Shown here: positions 19,521-29,679 of the stretch, in pieces
Layout: each line of letters opens with the position of its first letter
How positions within the stretch are numbered: the first letter of the stretch is position 1
Virus record (IMG/VR): IMGVR_UViG_3300031772_000002
Location: 1 to 64,000 of that record
Length of the DNA stretch: 64,000 nucleotides
Direction: 5' to 3' (one strand)
Source of the DNA: a virus
Notes under the pieces: model-generated
The model's input: only the letters and a program-made list of their open reading frames with translations
Database searches by the model: none
What the model was told of the DNA's origin: nothing
Made by a program: the position numbers and the translations under genes

Positions 19521-19538
19521 TTGTTATACCATATTTTT
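19521..19538 (-). promoter_or_regulatory. Putative phage promoter AAAAATATGGTATAACAA driving the upstream RNA
   Basis: Matches recurrent motif; TGnTATAA extended -10-like. Confidence 0.55.
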
Positions 19539-19621
19539 GTAAAAAATAACATAATAGTTAACTACTTAAGAACCAGGGATCTTCGTACTTTAGGTTAAGG
19601 AATGGTCAATCAATTAATATT

Positions 19622-20659
19622 TTAGTAACGACGTTCAGCCCCAGTTCCTGTTGGAATTTGAGGATTGTTAGTTTGATTTAGTTCTGCTGTTTTTTTATGA
19701 CCAGTTAAAGCTTGGACACCTTTAACTCCGCCATATGCAGCTGCGCCTCCTCCAGCAAGTGTTAATCCAACTGCAGGGGTTGCTTTTTTAACTGCTGAAA
19801 GTAATGATAGTTTTTTTTCTGGAGATCCCCAACTATAAGGATTTTTAAATGATGCTGGTTGTTTTTTTAATGCAGAACTAATACTTCCTGGACCTTTTCC
19901 ATAAGCTGCTTTAAAAGATTCTTTGGTTCCTTTATATCCTGCTTTGGCGACGCCTTTAACAGCACCTTTAACTGCTTGATATATTTCTTTCGCTCCAGCT
20001 TCTTTTATTCCAGCTTCTTTTTTATGACCAGTTAATGCTTTAACTCCTTTAACTCCTCCATATGCTGCACCAGTTGCTGCAGCGCCTTGGATTGCTATTG
20101 CAGGAAGTGATTTAACAACAGCTTTTATTACTGGTTTAAATTGTTTTTTTTCTGGAGTTCCCCAACTATAAGAGTTTTTAAGCGATTCTGGTTTTTTTAA
20201 TGCAGAACTAATACTTCCTGGGCCTTTTCCATACATTGCTTTAAAAGATTCTTTAGTTCCTTTTATAGCCTGTCCTGGAGCGCCTTTAATTGCTTTATAT
20301 CCAGTAGTTAATGCTTTTTTTAGACTTGGCATCATTTCCTTCATCCACTTAGGTACTCCAGCGCCAATCTTTTCAAGTTCATCATTAAACCCTTCATAAT
20401 AGCATTCCATTGCTTCTTTTGGTATTTCAGAAGCAGCTCTAACTCCACGATTAAAAAATTCATTTGCAATTTGAGAATTTTCCTCTTGATTTGCAATATC
20501 AAATTGTGTAGCCATTTCATTACTTGCCTTTCTAGCACCTGATTGGTAGCCAAGTTTATGTCCTATTATAGCAGCAGCTGGAGTAGCAATAGCAGCTCCA
20601 GCTCCTACTGTTAACATCTTATTCAAAAAAGATCCAGCAATTTTTGTTTGAGTATTCAT
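19622..20659 (-). CDS. Ala/Gly/Lys-rich protein with about 110-aa internal duplication, probable virion internal protein
   Basis: KGTKESFKAxYGKGPGSISSALKK and YGGVKGVxALTGHKK each twice; FNDELEKIG motif. Confidence 0.6.
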   Translation of the reverse strand: MNTQTKIAGSFLNKMLTVGAGAAIATPAAAIIGHKLGYQSGARKASNEMATQFDIANQEENSQIANEFFNRGVRAASEIPKEAMECYYEGFNDELEKIGAGVPKWMKEMMPSLKKALTTGYKAIKGAPGQAIKGTKESFKAMYGKGPGSISSALKKPESLKNSYSWGTPEKKQFKPVIKAVVKSLPAIAIQGAAATGAAYGGVKGVKALTGHKKEAGIKEAGAKEIYQAVKGAVKGVAKAGYKGTKESFKAAYGKGPGSISSALKKQPASFKNPYSWGSPEKKLSLLSAVKKATPAVGLTLAGGGAAAYGGVKGVQALTGHKKTAELNQTNNPQIPTGTGAERRY

Positions 20660-20753
20660 TGTTTACCTTTCTGATAATTTATATAATTTCTGTTATAATT
20701 AAATATAACATATTTTTAAATATTATACAATTAAATTTAAAAATAATTACATA

Positions 20754-21821
20754 ATGTATATTTTGTTATATAATATTAGTATGGACATGTTTATGAATAA
20801 AGTACCATTTAAAAATTTTATTATTACTTTATTGTTTTGTGGTAAGACTATCAATGATATAATTGATAAACTTAAATCATTTAATTACTATATAACAGAA
20901 GATGAAATATTATTAATTTCAAATGAATTAAAATCTACACTTCCTAAAAGTGTTATTGATATTTTAAATAACAGATTATTACTAAATTTAGAAAATAATA
21001 TTCATGTTGAATGGTTGAAAAAATTAAATATATTTGAGTTATATCATTATATAACTAGTAATAATAAAAATAATTCAGATGTTCCTAATTATTTTAAATG
21101 GTGTGAAGATTGTGTTTGGATTCATTCTTATTATGATGTTATGTCAATTGTTAATATATTCATTTTCAATAACGAACCGCTTGAAAATATATCTGATATC
21201 ATAATGTTAAAGTATAAAAAAAAGATAGGTATTGATGCGTTAAATTTGTATAAAAAAATATTTTGGGATACTGAAAATTTAACTGCAAAGGATGCATTGA
21301 GATATTGTATTCCTTTTCATGATAACACTTTAATTATACGTAAATTTAATAATAATACTGAAATTGAGTGTCCATCTAATGATGGTAGTGATGTTACGGT
21401 TAATTTTCATAATATTAATTATATAAAATGGAAACTAGGAATTCCTATTACAACTCCTAATACTGATGATTTTCTTAAACAGGTTCAAACTGATAGTATA
21501 TACAAATTTTATGAGGTAATGAATTCTACTCAAAGTATTGAAGAGATTAAAGAAGAGGGTCAGAACGATAAGTTTGGAGTATTCGATAGTACAAAAACTA
21601 CAAAACGTAATGTAGAAGAAATGCGTGTTAAGTTGGCTAAACAATGGTTAGATATTTTTATTAAAGTTAAAGAACATACTGGGGCGTCTGATCAAGATTC
21701 TACAACTAAATTTTTTAATCAAATGAAACAGGTACAATTAGAATTTGATAATTGTGAAGAACATATTACTAAAATAGATGATATTCCAAATTTATTTGAA
21801 AATATTAAAGGTGATATTTAA
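20754..21821 (+). CDS. Hypothetical protein, possible terminase small subunit
   Basis: Immediately upstream of terL; positional evidence only. Confidence 0.35.
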   Translation: MYILLYNISMDMFMNKVPFKNFIITLLFCGKTINDIIDKLKSFNYYITEDEILLISNELKSTLPKSVIDILNNRLLLNLENNIHVEWLKKLNIFELYHYITSNNKNNSDVPNYFKWCEDCVWIHSYYDVMSIVNIFIFNNEPLENISDIIMLKYKKKIGIDALNLYKKIFWDTENLTAKDALRYCIPFHDNTLIIRKFNNNTEIECPSNDGSDVTVNFHNINYIKWKLGIPITTPNTDDFLKQVQTDSIYKFYEVMNSTQSIEEIKEEGQNDKFGVFDSTKTTKRNVEEMRVKLAKQWLDIFIKVKEHTGASDQDSTTKFFNQMKQVQLEFDNCEEHITKIDDIPNLFENIKGDI

Positions 21822-21825
21822 TTTA

Positions 21826-23493
21826 ATGTTTATAACTCCTATTCAATTTGCATCAAATATATTTCAACTTAATGGAATACCTTTGCAAATGCCAAAGAAT
21901 TCCATGAAACATTTAATTCCTATTTACAACAAACCATCATCTGCTATAGTTCTTAAATTTGGCAGGCAAACACATAAATCAACTATATTAGGTTTTAAAA
22001 CAGCTATACCTGCTATTAAGTATCCATATTATCATGTATTGTATGCGGCTCCAACCGGTAAACAAATATCAGTATTTTCAACTGATAAATTGGATACTGC
22101 TTTAAAAGATTCTCCTATAATTAAAAATCATTATTTTGATACTAAAACTAAAGATCAAATATCTTATAAAGAATTAGTAAATGGAAGTAAAATTTATTTA
22201 CGATCTATGTTTCATACTGCAGATTCAATAAGAGGAATTTCAGCTGACGTTATTGAAATAGATGAAGTTCAGGATATTATAAGCGATCAAATATCCGTTG
22301 TTGAACAATCAATGAGTCATAGTCTTGCTAAATGGGAAAGGATGAAAGATACAATTCCTAATCTTCCGATGCATTTATTTAATTGTAAGTTATATGCAGG
22401 GACTCCAAAAACTGTTGAAAATACCCTTGAAAGATATTGTTGGGCTAATTCTACTCAAAATGAATGGATTATTAAATGTGAAAATACTGGATGTAAAAAG
22501 TATAATTATATTAATGAAAACAATATTGGTGATACGTGTCTTATATGTAATAAATGTGGCAAACCAATTTATTATGAAAATGGTCAATGGGTATCAATGA
22601 GTTCTGGATTTATAGATGGATACAGACTCCCTCAAATAGTTTTAAATTGGATTAATAATGAAAAAAATCCTAAAGTATGGCAGATTAATGTTATACAAAC
22701 TAAAACTCAGTATAGTATTGAAAAGTATTATAATGAGGTTCTTGCATTATCATATGCAGCCGCAAGACATCCGATAACTTCTGCTGACATTAAAAAATGT
22801 TGTGAAAATGTTGATATGATAGAAGAAGGTATAGGAAATACAGATAAAAGATTAAAAGGAAAAAAAACATATGCCGGTATAGATTGGGGAAAAGGAGATA
22901 CCGCATCTGGTACATCGTATTCTATGTTAACAATTGGTACATATGATATGAATAAATTTATTGTTATATTTAAAAAAAAATATACTGGAAAGTTATCTGA
23001 AGCTACAATTCAAATTAAAGATATGTTAAAAATTATTAAAAAATTTGATTGTGTTCTTACTATCGCAGATAGTGGAGATGGAAGAACTTCCAATGCCATA
23101 ATGGTAGCTGCCCTTGGTCCTGTTAAATTTGCTGAAATATATGAACATGGAACATTAATAAAAAAAATAAAATGGGATCATAATAAAGGGCATTATATTA
23201 TTAATAGAACACGAGTAATGACTGATATTATCATGGAAATAAAAAGAACTGAAGTATCTTTTTTTAGATATGAACAGTTTAAAGAATTTGAACCGGATTT
23301 TACCGGTATAATTTCTGAATATAGTGAACAAACAAGAATGACAAAATACGATCATATAGTTCCTGACGATGCGTTTCATTCATTCATGTTTAGTAATATA
23401 GCATGTAAAGTTATTCGTGGAGAATATTCTAAATATTTAATTGGTGGTGATGATAGTGAATCTGATACTAATAACGTTATTACGGTAGGTTAG
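21826..23493 (+). CDS. terL: Terminase large subunit (GpA-like)
   Basis: Walker A GRQTHKST, Walker B IEIDE, GTP motif, Cys ribbon, nuclease AGIDWG and PDDAFH; start moved to 21826. Confidence 0.85.
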   Translation: MFITPIQFASNIFQLNGIPLQMPKNSMKHLIPIYNKPSSAIVLKFGRQTHKSTILGFKTAIPAIKYPYYHVLYAAPTGKQISVFSTDKLDTALKDSPIIKNHYFDTKTKDQISYKELVNGSKIYLRSMFHTADSIRGISADVIEIDEVQDIISDQISVVEQSMSHSLAKWERMKDTIPNLPMHLFNCKLYAGTPKTVENTLERYCWANSTQNEWIIKCENTGCKKYNYINENNIGDTCLICNKCGKPIYYENGQWVSMSSGFIDGYRLPQIVLNWINNEKNPKVWQINVIQTKTQYSIEKYYNEVLALSYAAARHPITSADIKKCCENVDMIEEGIGNTDKRLKGKKTYAGIDWGKGDTASGTSYSMLTIGTYDMNKFIVIFKKKYTGKLSEATIQIKDMLKIIKKFDCVLTIADSGDGRTSNAIMVAALGPVKFAEIYEHGTLIKKIKWDHNKGHYIINRTRVMTDIIMEIKRTEVSFFRYEQFKEFEPDFTGIISEYSEQTRMTKYDHIVPDDAFHSFMFSNIACKVIRGEYSKYLIGGDDSESDTNNVITVG

Positions 23494-23501
23494 GAGTAGT
23501 C

Positions 23502-25415
23502 ATGGAAATTGTAGCTTCTTTTAAAACTAATATTCAAAGAAAGGCTTTTTACGCACAAGCAACACCTAAAGAACTTGCTGCTAAAAAACGTAAAGATATG
23601 GCTAAAAAGGTTGAATTAGAAAAAATTGCTCCTTTTAAATCAGATGCTCAAAGAAGATGGATGTTTGCTGCAGAGGACCGTGGAGAAGTTCCTAAAGGAA
23701 CTGCAGATAGATGGGCTAAGCATACAAAGAATATTAAAAAACTTCCAGAACATGTTAAAAAAGCTAATATGGACTATGTTAATAATATTTTTTTAAAATT
23801 TGCTAAACAAGTTAATCTTAAGTTATTACCACATCAACAAGAGGCTGTTGATAAATATAAAAAAAGTAATTCAATTCTTCTTTATCATGGTGTTGGATCT
23901 GGAAAAACAGCTACATCAATAGCTGCAACTTCAAAAGATTTTCCTGAAGTTGTTGTCCCTGCGTCTTTAAGGGAAAATTTTAAAAAAGAATTAAAAAAAT
24001 TTAATATTAAAAATAATTATAAAATAAGATCATATCATCATTTTGCAAAACATGGACCAGAGTCTGGAGTAGAAACAATTATTATAGATGAGCCGCAAAA
24101 AATAGGTAGAACAAGTTCCGCAATATCACAAAAAATGGTTGAATCATCTCCTCAATATAAAAAGAGAATATTATTATCAGCCACCCCTGCATCTAATAAT
24201 CCTGCAGAACTTGCTCCTATTATTAGATTTTTAAATCCTGATGATAAAAATATACCATTAAATCCTACAGATTTTAATAAAAAATTTATTAAAGAAACTG
24301 TAATTCCAATTGGATTTTTTAATAAGCTAATGGGGATGAAACCTGGGATTGAAATAAGTATTAAAAATCCTGAAATTATATCTAAGGCTATTAAAAATAG
24401 AGTTCATTATTATGAACCTTCAAAGGAAAATTTTCCTGAAAGAATAGATCATGAGATAAAATCTTTAGCAAGCCCTGAGCAAACTAAATATTATAATTAT
24501 GTCACATCACACGCAGATCCTATTATAGCAAGTAAAATAAGATCAAATATTCCATTGGCTAAACAAGAATTAAAATATTTAAATGCATTTATGGCTGCAG
24601 CAAGGCAAGTATCTAATACTACAATTCCATATGGTGGCACAGAAGAGTTGTCATCAAAAATGAAATCTTTAATTAATAATGTTAAAAATAATATAATACA
24701 AAATCCTAATCATAAAAATTTAATTTATTCAAATTATTTAGATTCTGGAATTTTACCAATAGCAAAAAAATTAGAAGATGAAGGGATTAAATATAAATTA
24801 TTTACTGGCTCAATGAATGATAAAGAAAAAAAAGAAGCTATTGATTTATATAATAAAGATAAAATTAATGCATTGTTAATAAGTGGATCAGGCGCAGAAG
24901 GTATCGATTTAAAAAATACAGGAAGTATACATATACTTGAACCGCATTGGAATAAAAATAAAATTGAACAAGTTATTGGCCGTGGAATTCGTTATAAATC
25001 TCATGAAAATTTACCGGAAGAACAAAGAAAGGTTGATGTTTATAAATATCAAACAATACTACCAAAAACATTTTTTCAAAGATTATTTAATCTTAAACAG
25101 GGAACTTCTGCAGATGAGGCGTTAGAAGAGTTGGGAAATAAAAAACAATTATTATTAGATAAATTTTTAAATATTTTTAAGGAGGAGGGATTGTCAAAAT
25201 CTTCATCTTATATTAATAGTTTTCAAAAAATAGCTGAAAAACTTTTAAGTTCAAAAGAAAATCCATCAATCAAACCTGAAGAAAAAATTAAATTAGAAAT
25301 AAATTTAGCAAAACAAAAGAAATTTAAAGGATTGAGTCCTGCAGAAAAAAGGACTAATGATGTTAAGGTAAAAAATAATTCTTTTAGTCGAAATGCACAA
25401 TCTTTTAAACATTAA
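23502..25415 (+). CDS. SNF2-like superfamily 2 helicase with terminal extensions
   Basis: LLPHQ, GVGSGKT, IIIDEPQ, LLSATP, GAEGIDL, QVIGRGIR. Confidence 0.88.
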   Translation: MEIVASFKTNIQRKAFYAQATPKELAAKKRKDMAKKVELEKIAPFKSDAQRRWMFAAEDRGEVPKGTADRWAKHTKNIKKLPEHVKKANMDYVNNIFLKFAKQVNLKLLPHQQEAVDKYKKSNSILLYHGVGSGKTATSIAATSKDFPEVVVPASLRENFKKELKKFNIKNNYKIRSYHHFAKHGPESGVETIIIDEPQKIGRTSSAISQKMVESSPQYKKRILLSATPASNNPAELAPIIRFLNPDDKNIPLNPTDFNKKFIKETVIPIGFFNKLMGMKPGIEISIKNPEIISKAIKNRVHYYEPSKENFPERIDHEIKSLASPEQTKYYNYVTSHADPIIASKIRSNIPLAKQELKYLNAFMAAARQVSNTTIPYGGTEELSSKMKSLINNVKNNIIQNPNHKNLIYSNYLDSGILPIAKKLEDEGIKYKLFTGSMNDKEKKEAIDLYNKDKINALLISGSGAEGIDLKNTGSIHILEPHWNKNKIEQVIGRGIRYKSHENLPEEQRKVDVYKYQTILPKTFFQRLFNLKQGTSADEALEELGNKKQLLLDKFLNIFKEEGLSKSSSYINSFQKIAEKLLSSKENPSIKPEEKIKLEINLAKQKKFKGLSPAEKRTNDVKVKNNSFSRNAQSFKH

Positions 25416-25840
25416 TTAATATAGGTTGGTGTGTTCCCATGGAATGGAACAAATAATCCATGTTCATTTGTATACATGGTTTTATTAATTTCAAGATTTT
25501 GATTTACACTTACTACATTTTCTCCTTCATGATTAATCGCGGCGTCGTTAAATATTTCTTTAATAGTTTGTTCAAATAATTCATCATATTGATCGTCTGT
25601 TTTTTGATATTCACCAAGACTTGCTTTTGTAAACTCATTTATTAAGTTACGTTTAATCTGTATCATTGCATCTAATTCTATTCTGTTTTTTATTTTTTTA
25701 GATAATACATATTCAAAAAGTTTTGCTACATAATTTTTAAAAATATCAATAAGCAATTCATGTCTATTTATTTTAGATGAGTCTGAATTAAAAATAGCAT
25801 TTTCAAGATCTTTCTGAAAATTATATTCTTGACTTGACAT
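25412..25840 (-). CDS. Hypothetical protein
   Basis: 142 aa ORF with AGGAG RBS. Confidence 0.6.
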   Translation of the reverse strand: MSSQEYNFQKDLENAIFNSDSSKINRHELLIDIFKNYVAKLFEYVLSKKIKNRIELDAMIQIKRNLINEFTKASLGEYQKTDDQYDELFEQTIKEIFNDAAINHEGENVVSVNQNLEINKTMYTNEHGLFVPFHGNTPTYIN

Positions 25841-25953
25841 TGAATCTCTCCTTATTTAACTTATTTAAATAAAATTAAATACTTGCTTATTAAATATATT
25901 ATATTATAATATATATAAATACAATAATAGATATTAAAATTTTTTGGATATCT

Positions 25954-26616
25954 ATGAATAAAACTTTAAATCAACAAATATTAACTTCATTTGCTAATGA
26001 ATTTTCAAAAGAGGCTTTTATTGGTCATATTGGAAGTTCTTTATCAAGACTAGGAGCTAAATATTTACCAAAGGTTATTAAATATTCAAAGGGATTATTA
26101 AAAGGTTTAAGATCTAAAGTTAATGCCGCTAAATCTAATTTAGTAAAACCTATTGGCAGTTCATCTCCTGAACAAATAGCGTCTTCAGCTACTAAAATTC
26201 ATGCTGCAACTCCTACAGTTTCAACAACTAGTATGGCTCCATTAACTTCTAATAAGATTCATGTAGCAACTCCTAAAATGAATAAGATAACGATGGGATC
26301 GAATTTAAAACAACCAACAGAAGTTGCTTCTAAACCATTAGAATTTGAAGGTACAGATATATTAAAAAAACCAAAACGTATTAAATATAATAGATCTGTT
26401 AAAGGACAAAATATTTCTACTGATGTTTTGGCTGAAGAAGAAGTCAAGCCATTAACTAGTGGTGAAAAATTTAAATTACATCATCCATATGCTCATGCTT
26501 TTTTAAGTGATGTTAAAGCTTTACCAATAACAGTTGGTGGGACGGCTTTGGCAACAACTGTGTATGCAGGATCTAAAATGCCAAGGCCATTACGGACATC
26601 AGCAGAACCTTATTGA
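25954..26616 (+). CDS. Putative head internal protein
   Basis: N-terminal SFANEFSKEA leader, C-terminal hydrophobic segment. Confidence 0.45.
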   Translation: MNKTLNQQILTSFANEFSKEAFIGHIGSSLSRLGAKYLPKVIKYSKGLLKGLRSKVNAAKSNLVKPIGSSSPEQIASSATKIHAATPTVSTTSMAPLTSNKIHVATPKMNKITMGSNLKQPTEVASKPLEFEGTDILKKPKRIKYNRSVKGQNISTDVLAEEEVKPLTSGEKFKLHHPYAHAFLSDVKALPITVGGTALATTVYAGSKMPRPLRTSAEPY

Positions 26617-26647
26617 ATAAATTTCTATAGAAAGTGTAACTATTGAC

Positions 26648-27487
26648 ATGTCATTAATAGATCATATAAAAAACATTGCTCATGATATTTCAGAAAATTA
26701 TATAATATATAAAAAAGATTTAAATAAATCGATATTAGAAGTATATTATAATGGAGGGATAGATAATTTTGAGATATTAAAAAGAATATGTGAATTGGTA
26801 AATCAAAATGTTTATCTTGCTATATATAATGATTCTTCTGCTGATAAAACAAATATTCAATTTCCACTTGCGGATTTTGAATATTTAAAGAATGAAATTC
26901 AACAAAGTGAGAAAAATATGAATGATTATGAAATACCACCTGAAGATTTTCATAATAATGTAATGACTATTATTAATGATAGTAATGATATTTCTTTAGA
27001 ATCTATTCCTGAAAGTAAATATTCTTATCTTAATGATTTTACAAAATTAAGTCAGTATAATAATTCTATTGATAAATTTATAAATACATTGCAATGTATT
27101 AAATCTCAGGAAATTCGCAACTCTAAAGAAGAATTATTAAAAATAGCTAAACAAACAAAATCAATGGTTTTTAATAAAGAATCCATTGGGGATATAGCTA
27201 AAATATCATCTCGATATCTTAAATCTGAAGGTTTTGATATTGATAAGATAGCTGCTGTATATAATTTAATACATAAAGATCTTATTAAAGATGGTTTTAA
27301 TGTTTCTACTGAATTTACAAAAGTATCATCATTGACTATTAATAAAAATTCAGAAATTTTAAAACCTGTAAAAGAGTTTATGTTGTGTATTGAAAAGGCT
27401 GCGGCATGTCAGGAAATGATTGATAATATATTTAAATTAAATCAATCTATTAAAAAGGTAATTAATGAAGAAATAGTAAAGAAATAA
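26648..27487 (+). CDS. Putative head-associated protein
   Basis: Multiple K-x-A/S motifs. Confidence 0.45.
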   Translation: MSLIDHIKNIAHDISENYIIYKKDLNKSILEVYYNGGIDNFEILKRICELVNQNVYLAIYNDSSADKTNIQFPLADFEYLKNEIQQSEKNMNDYEIPPEDFHNNVMTIINDSNDISLESIPESKYSYLNDFTKLSQYNNSIDKFINTLQCIKSQEIRNSKEELLKIAKQTKSMVFNKESIGDIAKISSRYLKSEGFDIDKIAAVYNLIHKDLIKDGFNVSTEFTKVSSLTINKNSEILKPVKEFMLCIEKAAACQEMIDNIFKLNQSIKKVINEEIVKK

Positions 27488-27489
27488 TT

Positions 27490-28233
27490 ATGGTTGATCC
27501 AATTACAAAAATTTTAAAAGATAAAGAAGTGTCTCGTATTGTCAAAAAGATTGATGATAAAGCCATTGATTATTTGGCAAATAAAACATATGAAATTTCA
27601 AAAAAAAGTATTGAAGAATCTAAAAATAAAGAGCCTAATAAATTATTAAGTAATAAATATTTAATGAGTTCTCTTGGCGCCACTTCTCATTTGGTTGGTG
27701 GAACGCTGGCCAGATTAATTAAAATAAAATCAGAACCTTTATTTAATAAAAAATATTTAATACCATTGACAGCTGCAGGCGCAGTTGTTGGATATTTTTT
27801 ACCAGATACATTTAAAAAACTACAAGAAATTAATAATGATAAGAATGCTGTTAAATTATTAAAAGATAGATATAAAGGTCTTAATAAAGTTTATTCCACT
27901 ACGAATAAATTATTAATTCCAATAGGTCAAATTTCTCAATTAGCAAAAACATCATCATGGTATGGATCTGCATTAAAAGGGGCTGGAAGCTTATTAAATA
28001 AAGGAATTAGAAAGGCATGGTCAGTAACTCCTATAAGAAGGACTGCTCAGGTTGGTATAGGTGGCGGGGCTTTATATGGCGGTTATAAGGGATTTAAATA
28101 TCTAAAAAATAGAAATTTATCTGGTAATAATTATACTACAATGTTAAGAAACAACATTCTTTCTGGAAATATAGATCAGGAGCAATTATCACAACCAGAT
28201 CTTATTGATGTAAGAAGGATAGGAATGAAATAA
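27490..28233 (+). CDS. Putative virion protein with Gly-rich hydrophobic segments
   Basis: LTAAGAVVGY, VGIGGGALYGGY. Confidence 0.45.
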   Translation: MVDPITKILKDKEVSRIVKKIDDKAIDYLANKTYEISKKSIEESKNKEPNKLLSNKYLMSSLGATSHLVGGTLARLIKIKSEPLFNKKYLIPLTAAGAVVGYFLPDTFKKLQEINNDKNAVKLLKDRYKGLNKVYSTTNKLLIPIGQISQLAKTSSWYGSALKGAGSLLNKGIRKAWSVTPIRRTAQVGIGGGALYGGYKGFKYLKNRNLSGNNYTTMLRNNILSGNIDQEQLSQPDLIDVRRIGMK

Positions 28234-28234
28234 A

Positions 28235-28495
28235 ATGAATAATATATTAAATTCTTTTTTTAGTTCTATGGAAAAAAGGGCTGCAGGAATAGGATCAATT
28301 CTTATGAATTCAATTATGCCAATAATGGCTGTTGATGAAATGAAAGCAAAAATAAAACAAGAAAAGCAAGACATTCCATATAAAAGTGTTAATAAATTAA
28401 CAGATCAGGAACGTAAATTACAACCATCAACTGCGTATAGACAACCATATTCTTCCAGGAATATATCAGATACAATTAGTCCATATGCTCAGTGA
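28235..28495 (+). CDS. Small putative head protein
   Basis: SFFSSMEKRAA leader. Confidence 0.45.
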   Translation: MNNILNSFFSSMEKRAAGIGSILMNSIMPIMAVDEMKAKIKQEKQDIPYKSVNKLTDQERKLQPSTAYRQPYSSRNISDTISPYAQ

Positions 28496-29078
28496 GGAAA
28501 AGATGAATTCAAAAATTAAAGAAGCAGCGGATCGTTTATTAAATAAAGGTAACATTACTAAAGATGAATATCAACAATTGGAAAAAATTTCAGCTATTCC
28601 AATTCAACCAAAACAGGTATATAATAGAATTTTTGGTATAACTCCAGTTGGACCATTTGCTCAAAAAATGGTTGATTATGCTGGAAGGTATGCAATTCCT
28701 ATTGGTTTAATAGGTGCAGCTGCTTATGTAGGAAAGGAAGCTGTCGTTGATCCATTAATGCAATTGCTTAAAATATATAAATCAAAAAAAGAAATGGTAT
28801 CAAAAGTTCCTATATTAGAGGATCAAGATCCAGAACTTGTTAATGATTATTTTAATGTTGTAAAACAATATTCTCCTAAAGCTGCAGCCAATCCTTTAGT
28901 GGCAGGAGCTTTAGTTAATAAAATGATCCAGTTCGGAGGTGTTGATCATAAATTAATACAAGACCTTGGCTCTATAGAAGGTGAACCTGTTATTTCAGGA
29001 GCTATTAATAAGGCTGTTGAAGGGGCTACAAGGGGAATATATTCAGAAGGTTTTAAAAGTCAAGAATTTCATAGTTAA
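28485..29078 (+). CDS. Putative virion protein
   Basis: KEAA, EKISA, one hydrophobic segment. Confidence 0.45.
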   Translation: MLSEEKMNSKIKEAADRLLNKGNITKDEYQQLEKISAIPIQPKQVYNRIFGITPVGPFAQKMVDYAGRYAIPIGLIGAAAYVGKEAVVDPLMQLLKIYKSKKEMVSKVPILEDQDPELVNDYFNVVKQYSPKAAANPLVAGALVNKMIQFGGVDHKLIQDLGSIEGEPVISGAINKAVEGATRGIYSEGFKSQEFHS

Positions 29079-29086
29079 TTATTATT

Positions 29087-29365
29087 ATGGACAAGAATTC
29101 TAATATTATTGCTATTATTAAAAAACATCCAAAAATAACTATTGGAATTATAGGTGGAACTGGCGCTATTGGCGCTGGAATGTTAGTTAAACCTATTTTT
29201 GATATTTTAAGTTCTCCTGCAACTATTATTAATGAATTGCAGAAAAAATCTTTACTTAAACAACAGCTTGAAGAATTAAAGGCTATTAGAAATTTATCTA
29301 ATAATAAAAATGATACTAGTAAATTGCCATTACAACAAAAGTTAATTATTAATCCAATGTCTTAA
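29087..29365 (+). CDS. Small glycine-zipper protein
   Basis: GIIGGTGAIGAG. Confidence 0.5.
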   Translation: MDKNSNIIAIIKKHPKITIGIIGGTGAIGAGMLVKPIFDILSSPATIINELQKKSLLKQQLEELKAIRNLSNNKNDTSKLPLQQKLIINPMS

Positions 29366-29382
29366 AAATTAAAGGTGGGTTT

Positions 29383-29676
29383 ATGAATGAATTATTAGAA
29401 CAGATATACAATCAGTCATTTGAAGATGAATTGAATAAAATATCGGCATTTAAAGGTCAGGAGATTTTTAAAAGATTAAATCCAATAAAGGGAAAAAATC
29501 CATTATTTAAAATTTTATCAAATAATAAAGGTAGCATAATAAGTCAAAAAATACCTTTAGTTAAAGGATTGGAAGAAAAAGTATTTTTAGCTAAAAATAT
29601 TCCACGCGCTAAAGGATTGACAGGCAATGCTATTCAATCTACTAATATTAGACAAGTAAAAGGATTGACTAGTTAA
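29383..29676 (+). CDS. Putative head internal protein
   Basis: MNELLEQIYNQSFEDELNKIS leader. Confidence 0.5.
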   Translation: MNELLEQIYNQSFEDELNKISAFKGQEIFKRLNPIKGKNPLFKILSNNKGSIISQKIPLVKGLEEKVFLAKNIPRAKGLTGNAIQSTNIRQVKGLTS

Positions 29677-29679
29677 TTT

